A stretch of 63,300 nucleotides of DNA, the filler included, from Sphacelaria rigidula (lineage: Eukaryota): the NCBI GenBank assembly GCA_964200075.2. It is 6 parts of 6 records of this genome, joined end to end, with 100 filler letters (N's around TTAATTAATTAA, not from the genome) between each part and the next. Parts side by side here need not be neighbours in the genome. Positions count along the whole stretch, not along the records: positions 31,704 to 42,169 come from CAXNAA020006446.1; positions 42,270 to 52,735 come from CAXNAA020006447.1; 4 more parts are not named here. The stretch is one strand, 5' to 3'. Positions 36,031 to 47,920 of this stretch are shown piece after piece. A program made the position numbers and the translations under genes. The notes below the pieces were generated by a model. That model was not told the DNA's origin. It saw only the letters and a program-made list of their open reading frames with translations, and did not search any database. Position 1 is the first letter of the stretch; every line of letters begins with the position of its first letter.

Positions 36031-39000
36031 CTGTGTTCCCATACAGCTTTGCCCTAGATACAGGCAACCATTGCAGCATCGGAGGCGGCCTTCCACTGCT
36101 GCGTGCGCCACCTGGGGCAAAAGCACGCTGTACATGAAACACGGACAGCCTTACAAAATGTGACGTGACGATATAGTGCGTAGCGAGGGGTTATGTCCTG
36201 CATACACGTTGGCTGCCATACAAGCGGCTGCATTCATGATGTGGCGAAGTGCATAGGACAACACGAAATCAACGCAGGACAGGAATAGGCTAAGGATATC
36301 ACGTCCTGCGATGTGCTTCGTCGCCCTGCACCCTGCCGCTGTGCAGTGAGCAGGTTGTACCGTCGCAGGCGTCATGCTGCGGTTGGCACGCAGTGTCGGC
36401 TCCGCACCCATAGGGTAACCTCTGCATTGAATAAAATAAAACGTACTGAATTGAATTATACGCGCGGAGCGCATTTCTTTCGAGCAGCACGCACGCTAGC
36501 GCGTGCGCGATTTTCCGTGTTGCCGACATCGTGCCAGAGCGCTGTGTGCTCTACAGCGTTTTACTCCCCTGTGGCAGCCCATCACGGTATTGCTCCTCAT
36601 GTTTCATCACGCTTTATTCGAAAACACGCAGAAGAGATGCCAGCGAGTCCATCGTTATTGCGCCTGGAGGTGTGGTGAACCAGTGTTATTTTATCTAGTA
36701 CTGCCGCATGCTCCGTGCTGTACCAAGAACTGTATACCGTACCAGTTCGAAAATGGATATGCATGAAATAAACGCCACCGACATGCTCTGGTTATCATGA
36801 ACTGTGTACGAGGCGCGGGAAGCGTAGTTTTTGTCAAGGAATACAAGGACGCAACCATGGTGCAGTACAGGCAGTTTTTATTGTTAGCATGCAACACGTG
36901 ATTCAAACAAGACACAAGTCGAAGCATTTACATGATAATACCTGGGCGTTTTGGTACTGAAACGAGTATACCAGTCCCCCCACTGCCTACCGTAAGGAGA
37001 TAGATACCACGTGTAAATATATAATACGTTATGGGCAGATCTTCATTTTAGAGTAGAAGGGCCTAGCCGAGACCACTCCGGTTTCATCGCCGAAACCCGA
37101 GACCGCAAAGTCACAAACACCGAAATGAATTTAAATTGAAAGGCCCCTGGGCACAGGGCAATCCATCTGATAGATGGTATCGACACCGCATTTATATCCG
37201 AGATATGCTCTGGCGCGTTGAAAAGAGGGCTAAAAAAGAAAAACTGAGCTTTATGGATCGAAAATGTGCGGTCGAAAAGCACAAAGGGGCGCTCAAATTT
37301 CGTCTCACCACCACGGGAGAGGTGTGATCCGTGGGAGGACCGCGTGCTTGGGGGACCGCATCGTAGTTCAAAACACCTCGGGATAGACGTTTTTCAATAC
37401 CAATCGGGCCAGTCCCCGCAGGGACCACGCGCCTGAACCTAACCCCAACACTAACCCTATCGCGCTAATCAAAGGGTTGTTCAGACTCCGGTGCGGCCCC
37501 CTGCATTTGCGATCCTCCCACGCATTGCAGGAGGTACCACACGTTCACAGAACCATGCACACTTCACGCCACACATTCTCAGCTTTTGTTCCACCGGAAC
37601 CTTGCGGCATAAAGCACGAGTTGAGCACAGGGATAGATACACCGCAGCAGTTGGGCACGCTTTCTTTATTTTTCCTTGGCGAAACCTCGAGCAACCTCTG
37701 TCATGATGGGAATCAGCGACGGAATTGCGTGCTAGGGTGGCCAACAGAGTTCCGTACACGTTCATGGACAGCGCAGGTAGTACAGAGCTGCACATCGCCG
37801 AAGTATTTTTGACATCCGCATTGTGAGCAGAAAGTCCTGGGCTGTATGCACTGCACGCTGCTCGCTTCTCCTCCATACCCGACTACACGAAACACGCGCC
37901 CACGTACTGAAGACACACCGCATCCAAGCAGTACAGACAGTACAGATTCTGCATTTCCAGCGACCATGTGCTGACGTATGCTTGGAAATTCACTTGGACC
38001 CAATCGAATCGCCGAAATTCCCCAAAATTGGTTTTTCACCTAGGGCCCCAACACATCGGTTATCGAAATGCGACTTTGTATGTCGTGTAGTACTTTCGAT
38101 AGCTAGTAGTAGGTAAAGGAGTGGAACCATATTTCGAAGATTTGGTGTGGATAAGAAAGGTTTTTTTCCTCCGGGTTCTCACCCTCAATGAAAAGTTCCA
38201 GCCTCAATTCCGATGATCGGCTGTTTACCTGTCCATATCCTACTCAGGTATATCAAGGGCTTCAGTGGCGAGCTACTACGGAAAATATATCAGGTCTTGT
38301 GGAGGGGCATTTCGAAACAGATGCGATTTATTTATCAATTGACCGCTCCTCACTCTCAGTCGTATCCTCGACTCTCAATCTCATGAAAACAATGTACACT
38401 ACAGTACACCAACGTTTGGCCTACTCGTGTAACATGTGGCCATCGCACCTATAATTTCCACATTCCGAGGAGAAACTGGTGAAATTAAGCCTCCGAATAT
38501 AAGGTGCCAACAACATCACAACTGCCTCTGCATCAACAAAATATAATACCCAAGGCCAGTCGCTCCTCGTTTAAACGTGTCAAACGGTTCACGCTAGCAC
38601 ACGCCCTAATACTCCGCGTCGAATCCAAGAGCCAAATTCGTAGTGGGCGGCATTATTCATCACCTATCGGACGTCCACAACGAGGAAGACTAAACGCTCT
38701 TGGCTCCAACTTCACGTTCGATTTCATCTCGGATCTCTCAGCTTGCATATTATCAAACGCGCCAAGACACCCAGACACCACTACCGACCAATCATATAGC
38801 CATCCCGTACCCACACCACTACTGCTACTTCTGGAGCTACTACCAACACCTACGCTGCTCGAGCCACTTGAAAATGTGGTCTGTCCCCTACGATCACTTA
38901 CTTAAGTGACACAATGCGCTGAAAAAGGGACTGCCGGCCCTACCTTTATTCCTACCCCGGTCCTTGCCTCCGGAGACACCTGAGCATCAGCTCCCGAGGG

Positions 39001-39051
39001 TATCTGTGCTGAGGGCAACGCTAGCGATGTACCACCCCGTATGGGACATTG

Positions 39052-40780
39052 TCACACGAAACGGCGAGTACCAACAACGGCACATGAACCAGAGCCCGAG
39101 CACCCCGCGCGTTTGCGTCTTATTCCACGTACGTCAGCAACAAATCCTCCACAAACGCCCGTCGGGCGACGGCTGGTGATGCCCACCATAGTGTTGAGTT
39201 TCGCGGCGTCGTGCATTGTACCCGCGTTGTGTGTAATAGTATGCTGTCGGCAACACCGTGCCTCATCGTGGTTGTGCCCCACGGAGATACATGGCTCAGA
39301 GATTCCCTCATTGCTGGACTTGACATGCTTTGTATCAACTATTCCCGCCTCGGTATGCTCGGAGAAGAACTTCGCCTTCTTGTTCCTCCCCTCACCATCC
39401 TTCGGATGCTTGAGGCAGGCCTCGTCGCTGCACCTGTTCTTCAAAGTCACTATTCTCGTCCTGGCGTGCTCGGAGAAGAACGCTCTCTTCTTGCTCCCCG
39501 CTACAGCAAGCACCGGATACTTCAGGCAGCCCTCGTCGCTGCACGTCTAGTTCACCACATCCACCATCCCCTCCCTGGCGTGCTCGGAGCAGAACACCGC
39601 CTTCCGGCTTCCTGCTACACCATACGATGGGAGCTTGAGACAGCCCTTGTCGCCGCAGCTCACATCCGCTATTCCCGCCCTGGCGTGCTCAGAACAGATT
39701 ACCGCCTCCTTACTTCCTGCTACACCATACGACGGATACTCCAGACAGCGCTCGTCGCCGCATCTCTTGCCTACCACATTTACCAATCCCGCCCTAGCGT
39801 GCTCGGAGCAGAACTCTCTCTTTTTGCTTCCCGCTACACCATACGAGGGATGCTTGAGATAGCCCTCGTCGCTGCACCTCTTGTCCGTCACATCCACCAT
39901 TTCCTCCCTGGCGTGCTCGGAGCAGAACTCTCTCTTTTTGCTTCCCGCTACACCATACGATGCATGCTTGAGACAGCCCTCGTCGCCGCAACTCTTGTTC
40001 CTCAAATTCACCATTCTCGCCCTGGCGTGCGCGGAGCAGAACTCCGCATTTCGGCTCCCCGCTACACCATACGATGGATGCTTGAGATAGCCCTCGTCGC
40101 CGTATCTCTTGTTCCTCAAATTCAACATTCCCGCCCTAGCGTGCTCGGAGAAAAATGTTGTATTCTTGCTCCCCGCTACACCGTACGAAGAATGCCTGAG
40201 ACAGCCCTCGTCGCCACATCTATTGTTCATCACATTCACCATTCCCGCCCTAGCGTGCTCGGAGCAGAACTCTCCCTTCTTGCTCCCCGCTACACCAAAC
40301 ACTGGATACTTCAGACAGCCCTCGTCGCTGCACTTCTTGTTCACCACATCTACCATTCCCTTCCCAGCATGCTCGGAGCAGAACTCCGCCCTCTTGCTCC
40401 TCACTACACCATACGACGGACGCTTGAGACAGCCCTCGTCGCCGCACCTCTTGTTCACCGAATTTACCATTCCCGCCCTGGTGTGCTCGAAGCAGAACTC
40501 CCCCTTCTTGCTTCCTGCTACACCATACAATGGATGCTTGAGACAGGCGTCGTCGCCACACCTCTCGTCCCTCACATTCACCATTCCTTCCCTGGCGTGC
40601 TCGGAGAAAAACTCTGCTTCGTAGCCTATTACACAGTGCGATGGCTACTTGGAGCAGCCCTCGTTGATGCAATTTTTCTTCGTCACGTCGGCCGTCAGCT
40701 TTCCCTTCGCGTCCTCTTCCTTCAAGAACCCGCATCTGCCGGCATCACGATCGCCGAAACGCCGGAAAGCTGTTCGTGAG
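39052..40780 (-). pseudogene. EsV-1-7 cysteine-rich repeat protein (IMM-family-like), large exon with ~12 repeats and two in-frame TAG stops
   Basis: 114-nt/38-aa units C-x4-C-x-K-x-P-S-Y-G-VAGSKK-x-E-F-C-S-E-H-A-R-x-G-M-V-(D/N)-V. The ORF pieces 40645-41070, 39547-40584 and 39052-39513 are all in one frame, separated by TAG at 40645-40647 and 39547-39549. Acceptor CCTGTAG| at 40781/40780. Confidence 0.88.
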
Positions 40781-42169
40781 CTACAGGTGGCAACGAGTAA
40801 AGTTCGTTTGTAGAAACAATGAAATTGCATCTCCTGCGCATAACTCAGAAGAGCACGAGACATCCGCATCAACCAAGACGATGCTTGATGCGCCCTGACC
40901 CACAAAAACGTATTGCCCAAGGGTTTTGGGTAGACGAGGATGTCCTCTACATTTCCATAGTATGCATCGAAAGCAACAATGGGACCGATAATACGTGAAA
41001 TACATGTTGTGCTGGACACATACCAGCCCAAATTCCATTGCCGAATGGTGCTTTGACGTGAAAATAACACGTGGCATTATGAGACATGCCAAATCATATA
41101 CGCGGGCTTGCACCACGCTGCCAACGCTTGAGGAGGTTGCTTTCCACTTTCGGACTACCTGACAACGTTGGTCTAAGTTGTTCTATACGCACAGAGCACT
41201 AGTACACGTTTGGGAAATCACTCTGAACTCGCAAATACCTGACAAGGTTTCCGGACCACTGATATGCTATGATTTCATTCTATTTGGTAGTCAGAACAGG
41301 AACAGAGGTACCCTTTTTTCTCAACAGCGCTTCATGTGATCCTCGAAAGCAAGTTATTTTGAAACTCGTGTGCAACTTGATATGTGCACATGCGTGAGAA
41401 GAGTAAATATCTGGAGAATATCAACACACATGCGCGCATATGGCGCGTCCAGTAGTACGTATTCCATTTTTCTGCCGTACGCTTGTGCGTATTGGTTTCG
41501 ATTTATACAAGCTGATACCTATCAGTTATCGTACTTTACCGTTTTGGTTGCCCCTTGAGCTGCAAGTGGGTATTCAGTATTTGTACAGCCGGTCTTACGG
41601 AGGAATTCGGGTTCTACTCGTATCGTGTGTGCACTAAGCGCATGATTTTTTGCATATTTCCTCCCGCCGGTTCAAAGTGTCCCGTTAGGGAAGTGCCCCA
41701 AGTTAAGCGGAACGCGAGATAGGTGAGAGGTACGAAGATATTAATGAAAATACATTTCATTCATTTTTGGTGTGTACACCATAGATGTATACGATGAATC
41801 ACACTGTTTTCGTGAGATTGAGAATCTACGATACGATAGAGAATAAGCTCTCATGGCTTTCAGCGGCGGAGAGTGTCTGCATCATTTATGGACAAAACGC
41901 TTACCTCGCACATTGGTGCAGAATCCTGCCGGCAAACCTAACAGTGTTTCCGTGAAATCGAGCGTTGAGAGTACGATCGAGAGTGAGATATTATTCATAA
42001 CATGTCTCGCTGCGCCTGTTCCGATGATGAGACGAAAAGTTTACATGTGTAGCATGTTCGAACATTCTTGCCACCCGTTGCCTGAATGGAATGGAAGAAT
42101 AATGTTGGACAATGTTGCGCGCTGGCCCACAGGCGCGCATTTGTGGAAGAATGCACCGTTCAAGAGGTC

Positions 42170-42269
42170 NNNNNNNNNNNNNNNNNNNNNNNNNNNNNNN
42201 NNNNNNNNNNNNNTTAATTAATTAANNNNNNNNNNNNNNNNNNNNNNNNNNNNNNNNNNNNNNNNNNNN
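42170..42269. other. artificial contig linker
   Basis: N44-TTAATTAATTAA-N44. Confidence 0.98.
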
Positions 42270-43849
42270 TTTTTTTTTTCTAGTTACTCGCGCCCCCGCT
42301 ACCCACCCCCCTCCCCACCCCAACCCCCTCCCCTCCCCCCCCCCCCCCCCCCCCCCTTGCCTGAAAGCGTATAAGCACTGATACCTGAAACGCATGCACT
42401 GGGCGGGATGAACACAAAGAAGCTCGCTGGTTGTTGGGCTTGGAAAAACTCTGATGCGTCACCTCAATATAGCAACAAGGACTCTTGCACATACTCTCAC
42501 CAACCGACATCCTGCGGCACAAGCTATTGGCGTGACACGAGACGGGGATTATCGACGGGCCATGCGGTCATCGTGGGGAGGTGTGGATCTGCAGGGACTC
42601 GAATAGCTGTGGTCCGTGCGTACAATTCCCGTGTGATGAAGTTTAGAGGCACAGGTCTTGGTGCACTCACTCTGCTCTGGGGGGGGGCGGTTTTTTGTGT
42701 GCATATGCTAGGCACGAACGACCTCTTCGTGTCTTCGTCGCTTTGGATGACAATACCATAGCGTGCCGTAATTGTTTAGAGGCGGAGTTCCTTAAGTGTC
42801 ACACATCCGGAAAATGCAGGCTATCGGTGCCTCCCATAACTGGGGTACAGCTGGAATTACGCTCAGGGCAATGCAACGTGTCTCAGAGATGAGTGCACAT
42901 TACTGCCAGTGCAGAAACACGCCATGGTAGATGTGATCTGTCACAAGAAAACAACGAAATCAACGATATTTCGCCGTTGTTCAGACTCCTGTGAACTAAG
43001 ACGAAACGGGTGTGCTGAAGAAGGAGGCGTGTCGTGAAATATCGAGAACAAGGCGAACACCGAATCAATTCACGAGTAGGAATCGACACCATAACATGGT
43101 AACTTGAGCTGCTTTGGGGGCCACGCACACGGAAGCTGTTACCTTCGGAAGGGAGGGACAGGCGTGAAAAAACGGGTGGAGAACATATGTACGCGTAGGG
43201 ACGAACCTTCAGAAACAGCTGTAGAAACACGCAAACACCGAGGTAATGACACAAACGGCACAAACCGTCATGACATATTTCACGACAAATAAACAAAGGT
43301 GCTTTCAGTATTGGGCCCATGGCTGATTTGAGCCTTGAAGTGCAAGCTCAAGCAGGATGATACGAACCAAGCGGAGCCCGGAAAGTCTTCCACAGTATGA
43401 TGAACGTTTGCGTGAAGGACGCACAAATATGAAAATCCAACACTATTACCATACCGCGGAGACGAACATTTGTACGCCCCGTTCATACCTGAAACCGCAT
43501 CTCTGTTGCCGTGTCGTGCCGTATCGCCAAACAGATTATGCTGACCACGTAATCCGTGCCGTCAACAACATACCATACAGTGCAGGTACAGTTAAAAAAC
43601 GGGGCTCCACAATGAACTCACCATATGAACTCTACGGCAATCATAGTTTGTGTGGCCCAATGTGCTAATGGCTCGATTTCTTGGAGTAGTCATTCATGTT
43701 TTCTTCGAGGTTTTTGTTGTTGAGGCCGCTCCCTTTAGTGCGACGACTGAGCAAAAAGGTCGGCTAGTGACAGTCTTCCAAGAACAGCAGTTTTCGAAAC
43801 CGTTTTGTAATCCTCCGTGACAAATTGGCGCGTACACCCGCGCACCGTG

Positions 43850-44201
43850 TGCTGTTGTCATGTTGTCGTCTCATCTATTCTGGACACCGGTCTCCACCTT
43901 TCGGTGTACGTGGGCGCATCAGCCGTGGTCACTCGGGAGGAACGTCAACACTCGATTTTTTTCGTCATTTGTTTCAGTGCTCAACCTGCCTTTTGCGGGG
44001 CTTGCCTTTATTTTTTGTAGCGAGAGGGGTTCAGCAGTCCCTTTCCCTCGTCGACCGTTGAGTGGAATTTTGTGTACCCACGGCATAGTCGCTCTCCACT
44101 GTTGGGCATGGCGTGAGAGAAAAATCCTAGATCGCTCCGAGATTTGAACCCACGACCCCGTCAGAAGGTTTCGAAGTTACCAACTGAGCCACCACCGTGA
44201 T
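43850..44201 (-). mobile_element. near full-length tRNA-derived SINE
   Basis: Reverse complement: ATCACGGT..GGCTCAGTTGGTAAC...GTGGGTTCAAATCTCGGAGCGATCT, with the body colinear with 15786-16172. Confidence 0.9.
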
Positions 44202-45368
44202 ATCTCAAAATGACAACTTGATGTGCGCTTCTGTGATCCCCTGGGTCGACAAATTTCGATTTCTCCGATAACAGGCGTTTCCCTAAACGGAATGGGGGCG
44301 AAAAGCATTCATCGGGGGCCATCCCCATTCGGAGACGTTTTCTCTCTCTGAAAGGTCCCATAGAAACTGCTTGAGCAACCTCTGAATCAATCACCGGACA
44401 CCCGTTCTTCAGACGGATGTTTCGGAATCGGAAGGAGCGGATTCGGAAGCGGTTGTTCAATGATGGTGTGTGCGCGTGTTTCGTCCTAGTATCTGACCGC
44501 GGGTCTCAGCAGAGAATATTCAAGTATCGAGTGAAAACAAAAATAAATACGTGAAAAAAACCGCCAACGTGTAAGGGGAAGTAGCTGGCAACGTGGTGGA
44601 GAATCTGGTTGGCACCTGGTTAAAACAGTTTTCTCGTGTGATGGAGAGGAGAGGATACGATCGACAGTGACAATTGGTAGACTAATAAATGAATCGTTTC
44701 AGTTGCCAAACATTCCTCCACGAGGCCCGATACGGTTCCTGTAGTAGCGTCCCACTGAAACCTTTGATGTCCGTGAGTAGCATATCGACGTGTAGCTGTA
44801 AGGGCACACCAGAGTTGCAGGCGAGCAAAAAGCACACCGAGATTGGTGAATCGATCGAGTTGAAGCGAGTGACAAACTCCACTCTTGATCAACGCTCTAC
44901 CCTCAATACCACGGAAATGTGTTTCAAGCGGGATAGCCTTCGTCCGCTTTTGAGGAAACTGTTTCTACGGCGTCGGGCTCAGTTTAGAGACCATACAAAA
45001 TCACAGGACGTGATATTGTGTGATAGGAGAAGAGTCTAACCTCGTGTTCGGTGTGGTGTGGTGAGCCAGGCAACATCAATGTCTTGCAAATGGTGTTCGC
45101 TATTTTCGGTTCCAGTTGGTGTTGTCTGTATTCCTTGGTACGTTGAGGCTATGGTGAACGCATCCTTCCATTTTTGTTTCTGCTTCTATTTGTGGCACCT
45201 GGGAATGCGCACACGTGACGGCTAACAAAGTCGCAATTCATTCAATCCCATTTCCACGCTTACATGATTACAGTAGTTGACATCTGAAAATAACACGTTT
45301 TCATAGTTTTTCGTAATCGGGAATACTTTAGTGTGTTTCAACGTGCCACCACTCATCCCAGCAAATAT

Positions 45369-45871
45369 TTCACCGTTAGGACGACTGAACTCGTGATTCA
45401 ACTCATATTCATCATTTCAACGAATAAATCATAATCTTCGTACATCATCTGTAACTCATACAGCTTCTCAGGTCGTGCGTCGTGCAGTATGACCCAAAGG
45501 TACCCGCTTCCTACCTTCCATGAATACAGGGGTAAATAATGGGCGCATAGTCATCCCTGCACTGCAAATTTGAATACATCGATTGTACATGCCACGCACG
45601 TCTCACCATTATGAGTCGGGAAGGTCATGTACCATCTGCTTGACCAAGTCGTTCGAGGTGAGCGCCCGCATATTTTTTCCACCTTCGGGCTAATGCCGGA
45701 CCAACGAGTTTTACGGGTTGAATCTTCACTTCCGATGGGCCCTGAACCACGGGTAATTTTCTCAGAGCTATAACGTGCACAAGATGACTGCGCTGCATAT
45801 GTGTTATCCACCCTCGACCCAGCGGGACCAACAGTTTATACAGCATGACTGATTTTGCATCATGAGGAGTC
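45369..45871 (+). repeat. dispersed ~0.5-kb repeat (copies at 47924-48428, 5' fragment ~49195-49245, reverse copy 23245-24180)
   Basis: Shared GTTAGGAC...ACTCGTGA.TCAACTCA...GAATAAATCATA start, GGGCCCTGAACCAC and GTTATCCACCCTCGAC internal motifs, and GCATCATG..GAGTC end. Confidence 0.8.
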
Positions 45872-47230
45872 GCCTCGTATGAACTCTAATTCGTCTCAAC
45901 CGCGAAATATTTGGTTCTTAAGTTTGGTGATCGGGAGATACTTATCATCCCCTCTGCATTCGAAAAAAAACACTCCTGTGCTTATTATTGAACAATTCAC
46001 GAGGTGACCGAGAATCGGGAGTCCTCAGATTACCCAGCCCCATGTTCTTATCCCTGAGTACTTTTGCTCGATCGAAGCCATTCCAATCGTTCTCACGAAC
46101 GAATAACACGAATTTATTTTTCGACTTTTTTTAAAAATGTGTTTTTTGGACCAGTGACGGTCGATAACACCCCCTGATGAACAAGGAACTTACTCCGTAT
46201 CATCTCAGAAACATCAATCGAGGATTGTATTCTGAGCACGACCTGCTTCTCTTCCCAATATCTATCGACCCTACGACTTTGAAGCGCCAAGGACGGATAC
46301 TGCACGAGAACATTTCACACCCTGTACAATACAAAATGTAATATGTATTGCTCGCTCAGTATGTCGACGCATCGTGTGATCAAAATATATTTGGCAAGCA
46401 ATATGGTGACACGCGAGACATGTCAATATCTATCGACCGAACAATGTTTCACGACACGCGTCACCTCAACATATATTGGCCAAGTAATATGTGGTGCAGT
46501 AAGGCGCTAATATATGTTTGTCGAATAATATATTGGCTGCCAGGCTAGGTCAATACATATTGATGATTCAATATACTCAACACCCGAAGCGCCAATATAT
46601 ATCGCCGCCCCCAGGATGTCGTGCGTCAATGCGTCCAACATATATTGGGCGGACAATACACGAGTGGATCGATCGTTACAGCACATTATGATGTAGCAAT
46701 ATATATATATATATATTGATGAGTCAAATTGAACATTGGAAAGTGTATAGGTAGGTGTATTGTGGGCAGTTTCATGTCCGCGGGCGCCGCTGAATAATGG
46801 ATCACTAGATTCCCAAAACGCCCAATATATTCCTCCGCGAGCGTGTCAGAATTTGGAGTATATATTTTGGCTGCACGATAGCTATGCGATGAGCATACGT
46901 GCGCACTACATATTGGGGGAAAAAAACCTTCGCATGGTTCTTGTTCACTAGATGTTATGGCAATGATATGTTACCCATCGCTCCGACTCAACATATACTG
47001 ACACTTCAATGCATACAATCCCGGCATGAATAATATATACGAGCTGGGCCAGCCTAGAGGCGGATTTGAAGTTTGCAGGCCCATGCGCCGGCCAATATTT
47101 AGAGTTGGAACGTAAAAATTGGTGTGGACAATGCATGGGGCATAAAACAAATACGTCGGTACCAAAGCTTCTTTGTTCGTTTACATGAGTGAAGGGCATT
47201 TTACTGATACCTGTACATGTCAAACATTGC

Positions 47231-47920
47231 GTCCTGTTAGAGTTGGGAGATGATAGCTCCGCCATGTCATACATCAACAAGTGCCGAGGAGACAAAAAAC
47301 AGAGAGCAGGAACACTTACGCGGTATTTTGGGTACTACGAGTAGCTGGCGCATGGTATTTCGGAGCCACACGAGTCTTTGGTGCATTAAATGATGAAGCA
47401 GACAGTCTTCCACGGTGGCCGAGGTTCTCTATCGCCATCGATTTGACTGATCTGCGTCCTAGTGTCCTAGTGGAACAAGGGGGCACCAGCTTTATTCCCA
47501 CAGTTTGGATTCGAGTTTTCTGGAAGACCCGTCGCGCAATCGTCTAAGCAGACTTACCAAGGACACATTGAGTCTCTCATTCGCTTCTGGCACGACATGA
47601 GCAGCGTAGGTTTCTTGCCTAGGGGAGAAGGGCATGGATAATGTGAACGCACTCATGTCTTACGCGTTGTACCCTTTTTCAGTGTACGGCTTACGAGCCA
47701 ACACAACTGCACATATTTCGGTAGCTGTGAAATATTCCCATGGGTTGTGACCTAATGTCCACGAGGTATTGCACCAACTAGATTCACCTATCGGACACTG
47801 GTCGGTGCGGGAAGGGCCAAGGGGGTCGAAGCGTAGTCTCCCAGAAGTAGGAAGTAAGCCGCGGGTGCGCTTTCGTGCCATCAACGGTGAACTGGTGAGG
47901 CGGAGGGTACTGGTTAAACG
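47231..47920 (+). mobile_element. DIRS-type (tyrosine recombinase) retrotransposon relic: RNase H C-terminus and start of the YR ORF
   Basis: Reads GDDSSAMSYINKCRG..., W.F.A..V.GALNDEADSLPRW (DIRS RNase H DN..A / N..AD.LSR motifs), followed by ALMSYALY...ANTTAHISVAVKYSH...RGSKRS...KPRVR (YR N-terminal domain). Frameshifted. Confidence 0.7.

Noticed and set aside
39211-40779. 522-aa plus-strand ORF, longer than the EsV-1-7 ORF
   Set aside because: It is the codon-aligned antisense of the EsV-1-7 frame. It stays open because the sense frame avoids TTA/CTA/TCA, and the conserved Cys/His pattern is on the minus strand.
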